Source of the DNA: Poseidonia sp.
Lineage (GTDB): Archaea; Thermoplasmatota; Poseidoniia; Poseidoniales; Poseidoniaceae
Assembly: GCA_022426155.1 (NCBI GenBank)
Contig: JAKMEE010000039.1
Span: 24,516 to 88,515, forward strand
Direction: 5' to 3'
DNA length: 64,000 bases
Part shown: in pieces, positions 62,805 through 64,000 of the stretch
Numbering within the stretch: the stretch's first letter is position 1
Layout: each line of letters begins with the position of its first letter
Translations under genes and position numbers: made by a program
Notes under the pieces: generated by a model
The model's database searches: none
What the model was told of the DNA's origin: nothing
What the model saw: only the letters and a program-made list of their open reading frames with translations

Positions 62805-63038
62805 ATGACTACGCCAGCAAATCGCTCATATGACCGAACTTGGGAAGAAATTGAGGCCATGCTTGATGAAGCCGTCATCAAGATGAATCAATGGAAAGAA
62901 TGGTTTGAACAATGCAAAGATGAGGATGACAAAGACGGCATGAAAGAGGCAGCTCGTAATCACAAGGCACTTCAAGGCGTCGTCAAGACACTTCGTTGGA
63001 CTCTTGGTGAAGAAGGCGTGAATGACCCACTGAATTGA
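62805..63038 (+). CDS. small acidic hypothetical protein (77 aa)
   Basis: ORF only; helical, 'NQWKEWFEQCKDEDDKDG'. Confidence 0.3.
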   Translation: MTTPANRSYDRTWEEIEAMLDEAVIKMNQWKEWFEQCKDEDDKDGMKEAARNHKALQGVVKTLRWTLGEEGVNDPLN

Positions 63039-63039
63039 A

Positions 63040-64000
63040 TTACCAGCCACGCTGGTCCATTCTCACATCAAGCGTTTCGAGTTCATCGCCCTTCATTGGA
63101 ACACCTTGCATCATGGCCATGGCTTCGGCTACTTTTGAAGCGTCTTCATAATGTGCCGTTGCCATAACAATTGCATCAGCCATTGTTTTGGGATCGCTGG
63201 ATTTGAAAATTCCAGATCCAACGAAAATTCCATCCATGCCCATTTGCATCATCAGTGAAGCATCTGCTGGCGTGGCGATTCCTCCAGCAGAAAAAGTGAC
63301 AACAGGTAGTCGACCCATCCGGTGGACGTCGTTGAGCACACTGCGAATTCCTTCACTCATCTCTTCATCAATCGCTCCGAAGGGGGTCATGTTGTGGACG
63401 CCTGGGAGTTTGGAATGACGTGATAAAACTCGATAACGATCAATGATGCTCTCAACTGCAAGGTCGAGGCCTTTGTCATCTAGGGATTGAATTTGCCTAA
63501 TTTCTTGGTCTATGAGTCGTGCGTGAGTGACGGCTGCGACCACGTTGCCGGTGCCTGCTTCTCCCTTGGTACGAATCATAGCTGCACCTTCCCATATTCT
63601 GCGGGTGGCCTCTCCCAATCCAGTTGCGCCACACACGAACGGAATTTCATAGGTGTGCTTATTGATGTGAAAATATGGATCTGCTGGAGTCAAGACTTCA
63701 GACTCGTCAACCATGTCAACGCCCATTGATTCCAATATCCGAGCTTCACCATCGTGTCCAATACGTGACTTTGCCATGACAGGAATTGAGGTGCAATCAA
63801 GAATTCCTTGAATCATATCTGGGTGGCTCATCCGGGCGACACCACCAGATTTACGAATATCCGCTGGAACTCGTTCCAATGCCATCACTGCGACAGCTCC
63901 AGAATCTTCTGCCACTGCTGCTTGTTCTGGATTGACAACATCCATGATGACGCCGCCTTGTTGCATTCGAGCGAATCCCCGCTTGAGTAAATCGCTGCCG
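63040..64000 (-). CDS. pdxS: pyridoxal 5'-phosphate synthase lyase subunit PdxS (N-terminus runs off the window)
   Basis: '[43 protein letters not shown]' is near-invariant PdxS; the frame stays open upstream of the track's internal Met (…[12 protein letters not shown]) to the window end. Confidence 0.9.
   Translation of the reverse strand, partial: GSDLLKRGFARMQQGGVIMDVVNPEQAAVAEDSGAVAVMALERVPADIRKSGGVARMSHPDMIQGILDCTSIPVMAKSRIGHDGEARILESMGVDMVDESEVLTPADPYFHINKHTYEIPFVCGATGLGEATRRIWEGAAMIRTKGEAGTGNVVAAVTHARLIDQEIRQIQSLDDKGLDLAVESIIDRYRVLSRHSKLPGVHNMTPFGAIDEEMSEGIRSVLNDVHRMGRLPVVTFSAGGIATPADASLMMQMGMDGIFVGSGIFKSSDPKTMADAIVMATAHYEDASKVAEAMAMMQGVPMKGDELETLDVRMDQRGW

Overview
This window looks like an archaeal chromosome segment. 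It has an RNA polymerase cluster (rpoH-rpoB-rpoA'-rpoA''-L30e) with an unsplit RpoB and a split RpoA, an archaeal PurP, and RNase P Pop5. The many giant Ca-binding (thrombospondin-type-3-like) surface proteins with C-terminal TM anchors suggest a Thermoplasmatota / Marine Group II-like lineage; that is inference. About 55 coding regions and one tRNA-Lys(UUU) can be supported. Annotated core genes include an XPD/Rad3 helicase, glutamate dehydrogenase, the methylmalonyl-CoA module (MeaB, B12-binding MCM subunit, carboxyltransferase PccB, BCCP), an AsnB-like amidotransferase operon, PdxS, a DtxR-family regulator and a sugar-phosphate nucleotidyltransferase. Several features stand out. (1) A tightly translationally coupled four-gene operon encodes a eukaryote-type Cid1/Gld2-family noncanonical poly(A)/terminal-uridylyl-transferase-like nucleotidyltransferase, a GNAT acetyltransferase, a Roadblock/LC7 protein and a helical protein. 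(2) A Rieske/cytochrome-b6 operon ends in a 936-aa fusion of subunit-IV (cyt b C-terminal domain), two [4Fe-4S] ferredoxin motifs and two HdrD-like CCG domains. (3) RpoH and RpoA'' share a duplicated ~65-aa N-terminal module that looks like (HhH)2. (4) A SAM-methyltransferase is fused to BirA. (5) A divergent FtsZ-like GTPase sits with a TPR partner. (6) There are three giant repeat adhesins with tandem DNA repeats. (7) Two paralogous coiled-coil proteins are present. (8) Start/stop overlaps (ATGA) couple many operon genes. All calls come from reading the sequence and the supplied ORF translations; no database searches were run.
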